Position numbers and translations under genes: made by a program
Shown: positions 24,400-33,233 of the stretch, piece after piece
Numbering within the stretch: the first letter of the stretch is position 1
Layout of the letters: every line of letters starts with the position of its first letter
Notes under the pieces: generated by a model
The model's database searches: none
What the model saw: the letters and a program-made list of their open reading frames with translations, nothing else
Told to the model about the DNA's origin: nothing
Assembly (NCBI GenBank): GCA_050742015.1
Contig: JBOGEV010000118.1
Span: 3,962-67,961, forward strand
Origin: Acidimicrobiia bacterium
GTDB lineage: Bacteria > Actinomycetota > Acidimicrobiia > Spongiisociales > ZC4RG35
Length of the DNA: 64,000 nt
Direction: 5' to 3'

Positions 24400-25460
24400 G
24401 CCGAACCCCCATCTACCCAGACGTCGCTCATCAAGAGCTCCTCGCCGGGCAACTCACCGCTCTTGGCGAACTCGGTGGCCTCGTCGACCCGCCTCGCCAC
24501 ATCCTGTTGGATCGTGGTCAGGTCCCCCTCCGGGACGCCGAGCCGCAACATGCGCTCGTGGTACATCGGGATCGGGTCCCGCGCTTTCCAGGCCTCAACC
24601 TCGGCCGGGGGTCGGTACTTGGCCGGGTCGGCACGGCTGTGCCCCTGCTCCCGATAGGTCTGGGCCTCGACCAAGGAAGGTCCTTCGCCATTGCGGGCCC
24701 GCCCGATGACTCGACCGGCCACCTGGTAGACGGCATCGGCGTCGTTGCCGTCGACGATGATGCTCTCCAGGCCGTAGGAGCCGGCGCGATCCGCTGCCGG
24801 GTTGGGCACTGCGGTGATCAGGTCGATCGGGGTGTACTCCATCCAGAGGTTGTTCTCGCAGACGAAGACGACGGGAAGGTCCCAAATCGCAGCCATGTTG
24901 AGTGCCTCGTGGAAGGCACCGATGTTGGTGGTCCCGTCGCCGAAAAAGCACACCGCCACCTGATCGGTGCCTCGCATTTGCGCCGACCAGGCGGCGCCGT
25001 TGGCGATGGTGAGGTGGGCCCCAATGATGGCGTAGGAGCCCATCATCCCGTGCTCGATCGAGGTCAGGTGCATCGAACCACCCTTGCCTTTGAGAATCCC
25101 GTTCTCCCGTCCGAGCAGCTCGGCCAGCACCGGCCCCGGCTCGGCGCCCCGGGCCAGGGTGTGGGCGTGCCCCCGATAGGTGGCGAAGGTGTAGTCGTCG
25201 GGTCGCATCGCCTTGGCGAAACCGGTGGCCACTGCCTCCTGCCCAAGAGAGAGATGCGAGGTCCCCTTGACCAGGTTCTGCAGGAAGAGGTCATACGCCC
25301 GTTTCTCGAACTGACGGAGAAGCTGCTGGGTCTCGTACAGGCCCAGTCTCTGCTCGATCGGTATCTCGATCCGGTCGTTGTCCCGGTTCTCCGGGGCAGG
25401 GAGCCGTGGCTCCCTGGTGGCATAGTCGTAGAGGCCCTCGGAGGCCTGTTTGGTGCTCAT
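24387..25460 (-). CDS. 2-oxoacid dehydrogenase E1 component alpha subunit (TPP-binding)
   Basis: Start at ATG 25460 (or 25490). TPP motif GDGTTNIGAFHEALNMAAIWDLPVVFVCENN. 13-nt overlap with the beta subunit gene. Confidence 0.9.
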   Translation of the reverse strand: MSTKQASEGLYDYATREPRLPAPENRDNDRIEIPIEQRLGLYETQQLLRQFEKRAYDLFLQNLVKGTSHLSLGQEAVATGFAKAMRPDDYTFATYRGHAHTLARGAEPGPVLAELLGRENGILKGKGGSMHLTSIEHGMMGSYAIIGAHLTIANGAAWSAQMRGTDQVAVCFFGDGTTNIGAFHEALNMAAIWDLPVVFVCENNLWMEYTPIDLITAVPNPAADRAGSYGLESIIVDGNDADAVYQVAGRVIGRARNGEGPSLVEAQTYREQGHSRADPAKYRPPAEVEAWKARDPIPMYHERMLRLGVPEGDLTTIQQDVARRVDEATEFAKSGELPGEELLMSDVWVDGGSAWRN

Positions 25461-25539
25461 GATCGCCAACTCACTCCTCGCATCGGGCACAAGGTAATGA
25501 CCGGGCAGGCGGCCCGGCGCATCGGGATAACCTCGAGCT

Positions 25540-27438
25540 ATGACCGAAGCCCGACCCTACGGTACGTGGGAGTCCCCGATGTCGGCCGCCGACGCCGTCG
25601 GCGGCGTCGTCGACTACGGACAGATCGGTGTCGACGGTGACGATCTCTACTGGCTCGAAGGCCGTCCCGGCGAAGGCGGCCGGCAGGTGCTGGTCCGCCG
25701 TGACCACTCGGGTCGGATCACCGAGATCACACCGTCGCCGATCAACGTGCGGACCCGGGTCCACGAATACGGAGGCGGGTCGTACGTGCTCGGTGAAGGC
25801 CGGCTCGCCTACTCCGAGTTCTCCGACCAGCGTCTCTATGTGGACGGCGCTCCCATCACGCCGGAACCGTCGGTCCCCGGCTCGCTGCGATATGCCGACG
25901 GCCGCTTTCTCCCCGACGGGTCGATCGTTTGCGTCCGGGAGAGCCATGGGAAAGGCGAAGCAGTCAACGAGATCGTGAGAGTCGACCCTGCCGGCAACTC
26001 GGTCAGGGTCCTGGCCTCGGGTCGGGACTTCTACTCCTCGCCCCGTCCCTCGGCCGACGGCGGCCGACTCCTTTGGCTGGAATGGGATCATCCCAACATG
26101 CCCTGGGACGGGACCACGCTGATGGTGGCCATCATCACGAACGAAGGGCTCACCGATGTCTCGCAGGTGTCCGGTGGCCGCGACGAGTCTGTGATCCAGC
26201 CGGAGTGGGGCCCCGACGGGGAAGTCGTGTTCGTCACCGACCGGAGCGGTTGGTGGAACCTCCACCGTTTCGATGGAGGAGAATCGTCACCGATCCTGAC
26301 CATGGAGGCGGACTTCGGCGGTCCCGCCTGGTTGTTCGGGTCCACGACCTTCGGGTTCCTCTCCCGAGGCCGGCTCCTGGCCGGCTTCTGGGAGGGTGGT
26401 GTCCATCACCTGGCGGTCATCGGTGCCGAGGGCACACTCACCCGTCTCCCCGATGACCTCACCTCCCACGATCACCTGGTCACCGACGGCGAGTCCCGGG
26501 CATGGTTCGTCGGTGCGGGCCCGACCACCCCGAGTGCCGTCTACGAGCTCGAGGTCGACAACGGCGGGATGGGCATCGTCCGCTCCAACCCGATGCCGGT
26601 CGAGCCGGGATACCTCCCTGAGCCCCGAATCGTCACCTTCCCAACCGACGACGGGACGATGGCCCATGGTGTGTTCTACCCGCCGACCCACCCCGGCCAT
26701 CACGGTCCCGACGACGAAAAGGCGCCGCTGATCGTGAAAGTGCACGGCGGGCCGACCACCCACGTCTTTCCCCGGCTGAGACCGGGCTTCATCTATTGGA
26801 CGAGCCGAGGCTTCGGGGTGGTCGACGTCAACTACCGGGGTTCGACCGGCTTTGGACGTTCGTATCGGGACCGACTCCGCAATGCCTGGGGCATCGCCGA
26901 CGTCGAGGACTGCATCGCCGCAGCCAAATTCCTGGCCGACGCCGGGGAAGCAGACCCCGACCGTCTGATCATCACCGGGGGCAGTGCCGGTGGGTACACG
27001 ACCTTGGCCGCGCTCGCCTTTGGCGATGCGTTCGCCGCCGGCGCCTCGTACTACGGGGTAGCCGACATCGGGCTCCTGGCCGACGACACCCACAAGTTCG
27101 AATCGCGCTATCTCGACGGTCTCGTCGGGACCGATCGCGATGTGATGAGACGGAGGTCGCCCTTGTACTCGGTCGACAAGATCACCGTCCCGGTGATCTT
27201 GTTCCAGGGTCTCGACGACCTGGTGGTGCCTCCGGAGCAGGCAAAGGTCATCGCCGACGCTTTGGCGACGAACGGCGTGCCCCACGCCCTCATCACATAT
27301 CCGGGCGAGGATCACGGCTTCCGCAAGGCGGAGAACATCATCCACAGCCTGGAGTCGGAACTGGCCTTCTATGGGGAGGTCTTCGGTTTCGAGCCTGCCG
27401 GCCCGCTCCCCGACGTCCCGCTGGTGGTGGCGCGGTGA
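25540..27438 (+). CDS. S9 family serine peptidase (prolyl oligopeptidase / acylaminoacyl peptidase type)
   Basis: 632 aa. Beta-propeller N-terminus, GGSAGGYT nucleophile elbow, and a C-terminal D...H (YPGEDHGF). Confidence 0.9.
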   Translation: MTEARPYGTWESPMSAADAVGGVVDYGQIGVDGDDLYWLEGRPGEGGRQVLVRRDHSGRITEITPSPINVRTRVHEYGGGSYVLGEGRLAYSEFSDQRLYVDGAPITPEPSVPGSLRYADGRFLPDGSIVCVRESHGKGEAVNEIVRVDPAGNSVRVLASGRDFYSSPRPSADGGRLLWLEWDHPNMPWDGTTLMVAIITNEGLTDVSQVSGGRDESVIQPEWGPDGEVVFVTDRSGWWNLHRFDGGESSPILTMEADFGGPAWLFGSTTFGFLSRGRLLAGFWEGGVHHLAVIGAEGTLTRLPDDLTSHDHLVTDGESRAWFVGAGPTTPSAVYELEVDNGGMGIVRSNPMPVEPGYLPEPRIVTFPTDDGTMAHGVFYPPTHPGHHGPDDEKAPLIVKVHGGPTTHVFPRLRPGFIYWTSRGFGVVDVNYRGSTGFGRSYRDRLRNAWGIADVEDCIAAAKFLADAGEADPDRLIITGGSAGGYTTLAALAFGDAFAAGASYYGVADIGLLADDTHKFESRYLDGLVGTDRDVMRRRSPLYSVDKITVPVILFQGLDDLVVPPEQAKVIADALATNGVPHALITYPGEDHGFRKAENIIHSLESELAFYGEVFGFEPAGPLPDVPLVVAR

Positions 27439-28280
27439 CCAGGCCTTTTCGTCATTCGTTCAAAGTCTGGGCACAGGACCATGACTGGCCCCACCTGCGC
27501 GAAACGTGGATCGAAGCCGACCGGGGAGGGTTCTGGGACATGGTCTGGCTCAACGACCATCTCTACGCGCCACGAGACGATGACACGCGGCCGATGCTGG
27601 AGGCCTACGCCTTGTTCGGGGGCTTGGCTGCGGTGACCAGTCGGATCCGCTTCGGGACGATGGTGACCGCCAACACGTTTCGTCATCCTGTTCTCCTGGC
27701 CAAGCAGGCCGTCACGCTCGATCACATGTCGCAGGGGCGGCTCGAGCTTGGCGTGGGGACCGGGTGGCAGGAAAGGGAGCACGAGGCGTTCGGCATCGAC
27801 CTCCCCCCGATCCAGGAGCGTTTCGAGAGGCTCGAAGAGACGTTCGAGATCCTGCACGGCTTGATGACCGAAGAGGTGTTCGAATTCGCGGGCAAGTACC
27901 GCACCATCACCGCAGCACGGTTCGAACCCAAGCCCGTCCAACGCCCGAGACCGCCCTTCGTCATCGGTGGCACCGGGCCGCGGCGGACCATCCCCTTGGC
28001 CGCGCGCTGGGCGGACCAATGGAACTTCCCGGACTTCACCTCGGACCTCGAGTTGTTCGTCTCGTCTCTGGGCCGGCTCGACGAGGCCTGCGAGGAGATC
28101 GGCAGGGACCGGGCCGAGGTCGAGGTCTCGGTGCAGTTCCGCTACCCGGACGATCTCGCCGAGACCGCAGACCGGGTGGCGGCCTACCGGGAGTCGGGCG
28201 CCGACCACGTCCTGGTCAGCTTCTTCCCCCCAACCAGCCTCGACCTCCCCTCCAAGGTGGCCGAGACGCTGGCGGGTTGA
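27435..28280 (+). CDS. LLM-class (luciferase-like) F420-dependent oxidoreductase
   Basis: GTG at 27435 (GTGA overlap); 281 aa. Typical LLM blocks: LNDHL, RIRFGTMVT, GRLELGVGTGW. Confidence 0.8.
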   Translation: MTRPFRHSFKVWAQDHDWPHLRETWIEADRGGFWDMVWLNDHLYAPRDDDTRPMLEAYALFGGLAAVTSRIRFGTMVTANTFRHPVLLAKQAVTLDHMSQGRLELGVGTGWQEREHEAFGIDLPPIQERFERLEETFEILHGLMTEEVFEFAGKYRTITAARFEPKPVQRPRPPFVIGGTGPRRTIPLAARWADQWNFPDFTSDLELFVSSLGRLDEACEEIGRDRAEVEVSVQFRYPDDLAETADRVAAYRESGADHVLVSFFPPTSLDLPSKVAETLAG

Positions 28281-28309
28281 GGCACGGAACCCCCCGTTTT
28301 GGCTACCCT

Positions 28310-28437
28310 GAGCGGGCCGACCCAAGGGTGGCTAGGGTTCCGGCCGATTCGTATCGGTGACCGGTCCGAGCGCCACAGAAGGCCCGCTCTGGAAGACACC
28401 GGGCTCGCACCTCACTGGACAAAAGCCTCGAGGGGAC
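28310..28437 (+). promoter_or_regulatory. ykkC-family (guanidine-I-like) riboswitch aptamer
   Basis: Conserved ykkC blocks in the right order: CTAGGGTTCCGG (28332-43), GGTCCGAG (28363-70), ACACCGG (28396-402), GGACAAAAGCC (28417-27), GAGGGGA (28430-36). A 9-bp closing helix GAGCGGGCC/GGCCCGCTC spans 28310-18 / 28381-89. Confidence 0.6.
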
Positions 28438-28439
28438 AA

Positions 28440-28465
28440 GTCGGCACGTGTCAGCGCGTGCCGAC
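28440..28465 (+). other. Hairpin between the aptamer and the SD of the transporter gene (candidate expression platform)
   Basis: GTCGGCACG-tgtcagcg-CGTGCCGAC perfect 9-bp stem, directly followed by AAGGAGAG and TTG at 28478. Confidence 0.4.
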
Positions 28466-28477
28466 CAAGGAGAGAAC

Positions 28478-29422
28478 TTGTCCGATCCGACCACCAGCCG
28501 GGAGCACACCGGCGCCATCCTCACCGCACTCTTCGTCACCGTGCTCTGGTCCTCGTCGTGGATCTTGATCCGATGGGGCCTGGACGACGAGGGTCTCCGG
28601 CCGCTGACCTTCGCCGGCATGCGTTACCTCCTCGCCTCCCTGCTCCTCATCGGCCTGGTGCTGGTGACGCCGAGAACCCGGGTGATGATCGCCGGCATGG
28701 GTCGGGCGAAATGGGGACAACTGATCCTGCTCGGATTGGTCTTCATGGCGGTGGCTCAGGGCGCCCAGTTCGTCGCGATCGACTCGCAACCAGCGGCTAC
28801 CTCGAGTCTGGTCCTTTCGCTGACCCCTCTCATCGTCGCCGCGGCCTCCACGATCACGCTTGCGGAGCGACCGAGCACGCGCCAGACAATGGGAGCTGTC
28901 CTCATCGTCCTCGGCGCCGTCGCCTATTTCTCTGGTGACCTCGGGTTCACGGTCATCGGCCTGGTGGCCGCCCTGGTCGGCCTGATCGCCAGCTCGGTGG
29001 GCTCCCTGATCGGAAGGGCTGCGAACCGGGACCGGGCACTGGCTCCTGTGGTGGTGACCGTGGTCAGCATGAGCTCAGGAGCAATCGCGCTGATGGCCGC
29101 CGGGGTGGCGGTCGAGGGTTGGCCCGCAATATCGGCTCGGGCCTGGCTCATCATCATCTGGCTGGCAGTGGTCAACACCGCGTGGGCGTTCACCCTGTGG
29201 AATCGGAGTCTCCAACTCCTCTCCGCAACCGAGTCGTCCGCAATCAACAACACGATGCTGATCCAGATCGGGTTGCTCGCCTGGCTGTTCCTCGACGAAA
29301 CTCCGGGCCCACTCGACATCCTCGGAATGCTGGCGGTGTCGGTTGGGGTTTACCTGGCCCAGCGGCCACGTGTCGACACCCGAGCCTTCCATGAGCAAGT
29401 ACCTGACCCCGGTCGCCGGTGA
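28478..29422 (+). CDS. EamA/DMT-superfamily transporter
   Basis: Track ORF starts at GTG 28448, which lies inside the hairpin. TTG 28478 has an AAGGAGAG SD 4 nt upstream. 10 TM with two EamA-type repeats. Confidence 0.75.
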   Translation: MSDPTTSREHTGAILTALFVTVLWSSSWILIRWGLDDEGLRPLTFAGMRYLLASLLLIGLVLVTPRTRVMIAGMGRAKWGQLILLGLVFMAVAQGAQFVAIDSQPAATSSLVLSLTPLIVAAASTITLAERPSTRQTMGAVLIVLGAVAYFSGDLGFTVIGLVAALVGLIASSVGSLIGRAANRDRALAPVVVTVVSMSSGAIALMAAGVAVEGWPAISARAWLIIIWLAVVNTAWAFTLWNRSLQLLSATESSAINNTMLIQIGLLAWLFLDETPGPLDILGMLAVSVGVYLAQRPRVDTRAFHEQVPDPGRR

Positions 29423-30035
29423 GCGGCTCCCCAGACGCGTCACCCAACTCGTCGTTGGTTTGGTGCTTTTCGGCTTCGGGGTCGGTCTCATGCTGCAATC
29501 GGGCCTCGGCGTTCCGCCCTGGGACGTCCTGCACCAGGGTCTTGCCCGTCAGTTCGGCCTAACCGTTGGTGTCTGGTCGATCATCATCTCGGTCATTGTG
29601 CTCTTGCTCTGGCTGCCCCTTCGGCAGGCCTACGGGATGGGGACCCTGCTCAACGCCGTGATCATCGGAGTTGTGATCGACCTGACCGGAGTCTTCCTCC
29701 CGGAGGCCGAATCGACCGTTGTCGCCTGGGTCATGCTGATCGGCGGTGTCGTCCTGATCGGGATCGCTTCCGGGCTGTACATCGGCGCCAACCTCGGCCC
29801 CGGTCCCCGGGACGGGTTGATGACCGGGATCGCCAAACGGGGGCCATCGATCAGGCTCACTCGTGGGGTCATCGAGATCACGGTCCTGGTCCTGGGATGG
29901 ATCCTGGGCGGCACCTTCGGCATCGGCACCATCGTGTTTGCCCTCGCCATCGGTCCCCTGGTCCAGTACTTCCTCCCCCGCTGGGACATCTCACCGCACC
30001 CGATGACCGACCCGCTCGACCACTCGGCCCGTTAG
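29391..30035 (+). CDS. YczE/YitT-like membrane protein
   Basis: ATG 29391 (MSKYLTP...), 214 aa. GFGVGLMLQSGLGVPPWDVL and GPGPRDGLMTGI blocks as in YczE-type proteins. 32-nt overlap with the EamA gene. Confidence 0.65.
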   Translation: MSKYLTPVAGERLPRRVTQLVVGLVLFGFGVGLMLQSGLGVPPWDVLHQGLARQFGLTVGVWSIIISVIVLLLWLPLRQAYGMGTLLNAVIIGVVIDLTGVFLPEAESTVVAWVMLIGGVVLIGIASGLYIGANLGPGPRDGLMTGIAKRGPSIRLTRGVIEITVLVLGWILGGTFGIGTIVFALAIGPLVQYFLPRWDISPHPMTDPLDHSAR

Positions 30036-30074
30036 TGCCCCGAGCTCTCGATTTCGCAGTACATTTGCCGAAGT

Positions 30075-33000
30075 GTGAGCGTGTCTCGGGAGGGGAATCC
30101 CAAATTGGGAACAGAGTCCGCGCCTGGCGCGGCTTTTCGCGACAATTCCGATCCGGGTGATGAGGGTTCCGACGCGCGGTTGCGGGTCTTCGTCTCATCC
30201 ACTCTGGGCGAGCTGAGATCGGAGCGGGAAGCCGCCAACTCGGCGATCAAGAGCCTCCGTCTGGTGCCGACCGGCGTCGATCTCGGAGGCCAGTTCGAAA
30301 AAGCCGTCGCCTCACCGGAAACCTCTGACGTCTTCGTGGGCATCTACTGGCAGTCCTACGGATGGGTTGGCGAGGACAGTCCCCGGTCGGACTTGGAGAG
30401 GGACTACGACCACAGCACCGGCCTGCCCAGGCTGATCTACGTCAAGGGCCCGGCCGGAGATCGAGACGAGGGTCTGCAACGGCTGCTCTCGCGCATCGGC
30501 CAGGACGAGCACGCGGCGATGCGCTCCTTCGAATCACCAGGTGAGCTTGCCGAGATGATGGTCGAGGACCTCGCCGGCCTGATGACCGACCACTTTCCGG
30601 CATTCGACGACCAGCCGGGATCTCTTCCGCTGGGGACCCTGACCTTCATGTTCGGGGACATCGTCGGCTCGACCTCCCTCGTCGAGCGTCTCCAGGGCGA
30701 CTACGCAGAGGTCCTCTCCGGCTATCACGAGACGGTCGCCGAGGCCAATCGGAGCAATGGCGGGACCGTCCTCGATCTCGAGGGGGAGCGCGTCTTCAGC
30801 GTCTTCCAGGATGCCTTCGAAGGGTTGAGCGCCGCCGTCGAGATCCAGACGTCGCTCGCCGAACGGGAGTGGCCCCAGGCCGCCCAGATCCGGTCCCGAC
30901 TCGGACTGCACACCGGGACCGCCCGCCTCGGATCGGGCGGGTACGTGGGCCTCGACGTCCATCGCGCATCGCGGGTCGCCGCCACGGGTCATGGAGGGCA
31001 GATAGTGATCTCGGCGCCGGTCAGGGAATTGGTGGAGGGCCGCGTCGAAGACGTCGGATGGCGCATCAAGGAACTGGGCTCGTTCGCCCTCAAGGGCCTG
31101 TCCCGGGCGGAGAAGCTGTTCCAGGTCGAAGCTCCCGGGCTCGAGACCGACTTCCCACCCCCCCGGGCCCGCTCGACGATCCGGGTTCGGCTGCCCTCAT
31201 CACAGGCCAGTCTCGTCGGCCGGGAGAAGGAATTGGCCGAGTTGGTCGACATGCTGGGACAGGCCCACGTGCGCCTAGGCACCATCATCGGACCGGGTGG
31301 CATCGGAAAGACTCGCCTCGCCCTTTCGGCGGCTGAAGTGCTCTCCCCTTCGTTTCCCGACGGTGTGTACTTCGTCAACCTGGCCCCGCTCACCGAGGCG
31401 AGCCAGGTCCTCCATGCCATTGGTGACGCCGCCGGCATCCCCATCGAGGGCGATCCGATCGACGCCCTGTCCAGCGAGTTCCAGGACCAGCAGGTCCTCC
31501 TCCTGATCGACAACTTCGAGCATGTGGTCGCCGCCGGTCCGGACATCGGGGAGCTCCTCGGCCGCAGTCCGGGGCTGAAGGCCCTGGCCACCAGCCGGGT
31601 GCCTCTACGGATCATGAGCGAATACGAATATCCCCTCGAACCGCTCGGGCTGCCCCCCATCGGGTCGGATCGGGTGGAGTCGGTCTCCACATCCGACGCG
31701 GTGCGCCTGTTCATCGAACGTGCCCTCGCCGTGATCCCTGGTTTCTCGATCGACGAGGAGAACGCCTCCCCGGTCGCTTCGATCGTTCGCATCGTGGACG
31801 GGCTTCCCCTCGCCATTGAATTGGCCGCCGCTCGTCTGCGCATGCTGAGCCCATGGGCGCTGTCGGAGCGCCTCACCAAGTCGCTCGACGCTCTCGGCGC
31901 CGGTGCCGCCGATGTCCCCAGCCGCCAGCGCACCCTGGAAGCAGCCATCGACTGGAGCTATCAGCTCTTGACCCGTGAGGAGCAGACCCTGTTCGCCCGG
32001 CTCTGCGTGTTCCAAGGGGGCTTCACGGTCGAGTCGGCGCAGGAGGTCGCGGTTGAAGACGGGGACGCGGTCGACCAGTTGATGGTCCTGGTGGAGAACA
32101 GCCTGGTTCTGCCCGCTCAGGGTGGGGATGGCCGGCTCCGGATGCTGGCGCCGATTCGGGAGTTCGGTCTCCGTCGTCTCCACGAGTCGGGCGAGTACGA
32201 CTGGCTCAAAGACCGACATGCCGGCTATTACGTCCGTCTGGCGGAATCGGTCCTGGACGACCTTCGAGGTGTCAAGCAGGCCGCCGTTGTGGAGCGATTG
32301 GCGGCCGACTGGAACAACATCGACATCGCGGCCGATTGGCTCCTGCAGCAAGGCGACCACGACTCGCTGATCCGGATGGCCTACGGGATGTGGGTTTTTC
32401 TCTGGGTCGGGAACCACATGAAGGACGGTGCTCGATGGCTGGGCGGGGTCACCGCCTACGACGAGATGGATCCGGTGCTCGCCGGGCGCTGCTGGTGGCT
32501 ACGGGGCGGGATCCTCTATGAGATGGGCCAATACGGGAAGTCGAAGCAGGCCATCGACACGGCCCTGGAGATCCTGGAGAGCAACGGAGACATCGACTGC
32601 CACAACTGGGCCGACTTCGTCTCCGCGCTCCTGCTCCCGGCCTTCGACGGCGATCAGGGTGAGGTGTGGCGAAGGGTGGAGGTCTCACTCGCCAGGTTCC
32701 GTGGCCTCGGGGACCGCTGGGGCGAGGGGTACGCCCTGATCGCACTCGGCATATTGGCCGGGTCGACGGGCGATCACGAGACTGCCGAGAAGTATCAGCT
32801 CGAGACTCGCGCCCTGGGCGCCGAGCTCGCCAACGGTGCGCTCATCGGGCTAGCCGAGGCGCAGCTCGGGTTCTCCTACGTTGCCTCAGGGAGGTTCGAC
32901 GAGGCGCGTGACGCTCTGCGGAGGTCGTTCGAGGTCTTCCGGGGCATGAACTACCGGGAGGGCATGTGCTACGCCCTCGAGGCGACAGCTTCGCTTTCGT

Positions 33001-33233
33001 TCGGACAGGGGCGGGCGGAGATGGGCATGATCGCCTTGGGCGCCGCCGAGGACGTCCGCACCAGGATCGGCCTCCATCCCTGGCCCCTGATCAGCTGGGT
33101 GTTCGACTCGCTGACCTCTCTGGCCGATTCCGTCGACGACCCGGCGTTACAGGCCGCCAGGCACGAAGGCCGCCAGATGAACCCCTTCGACGCCGCCGCA
33201 CTGGTCCTCGACGCCGCCCCGGTCCCGGCCTGA
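30075..33233 (+). CDS. STAND NTPase: DUF4062 + class III cyclase-homology domain + NB-ARC ATPase + TPR array
   Basis: 1052 aa. RVFVSSTLGELRSEREA...YWQSYGW (DUF4062-like). FMFGDIVGSTS...GLHTGTA...VHRASRV (cyclase). GPGGIGKTRLA Walker A and VLLLIDNFEH Walker B. C-terminal ~350 aa of TPR-like helices; no HTH. Confidence 0.8.
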   Translation: MSVSREGNPKLGTESAPGAAFRDNSDPGDEGSDARLRVFVSSTLGELRSEREAANSAIKSLRLVPTGVDLGGQFEKAVASPETSDVFVGIYWQSYGWVGEDSPRSDLERDYDHSTGLPRLIYVKGPAGDRDEGLQRLLSRIGQDEHAAMRSFESPGELAEMMVEDLAGLMTDHFPAFDDQPGSLPLGTLTFMFGDIVGSTSLVERLQGDYAEVLSGYHETVAEANRSNGGTVLDLEGERVFSVFQDAFEGLSAAVEIQTSLAEREWPQAAQIRSRLGLHTGTARLGSGGYVGLDVHRASRVAATGHGGQIVISAPVRELVEGRVEDVGWRIKELGSFALKGLSRAEKLFQVEAPGLETDFPPPRARSTIRVRLPSSQASLVGREKELAELVDMLGQAHVRLGTIIGPGGIGKTRLALSAAEVLSPSFPDGVYFVNLAPLTEASQVLHAIGDAAGIPIEGDPIDALSSEFQDQQVLLLIDNFEHVVAAGPDIGELLGRSPGLKALATSRVPLRIMSEYEYPLEPLGLPPIGSDRVESVSTSDAVRLFIERALAVIPGFSIDEENASPVASIVRIVDGLPLAIELAAARLRMLSPWALSERLTKSLDALGAGAADVPSRQRTLEAAIDWSYQLLTREEQTLFARLCVFQGGFTVESAQEVAVEDGDAVDQLMVLVENSLVLPAQGGDGRLRMLAPIREFGLRRLHESGEYDWLKDRHAGYYVRLAESVLDDLRGVKQAAVVERLAADWNNIDIAADWLLQQGDHDSLIRMAYGMWVFLWVGNHMKDGARWLGGVTAYDEMDPVLAGRCWWLRGGILYEMGQYGKSKQAIDTALEILESNGDIDCHNWADFVSALLLPAFDGDQGEVWRRVEVSLARFRGLGDRWGEGYALIALGILAGSTGDHETAEKYQLETRALGAELANGALIGLAEAQLGFSYVASGRFDEARDALRRSFEVFRGMNYREGMCYALEATASLSFGQGRAEMGMIALGAAEDVRTRIGLHPWPLISWVFDSLTSLADSVDDPALQAARHEGRQMNPFDAAALVLDAAPVPA

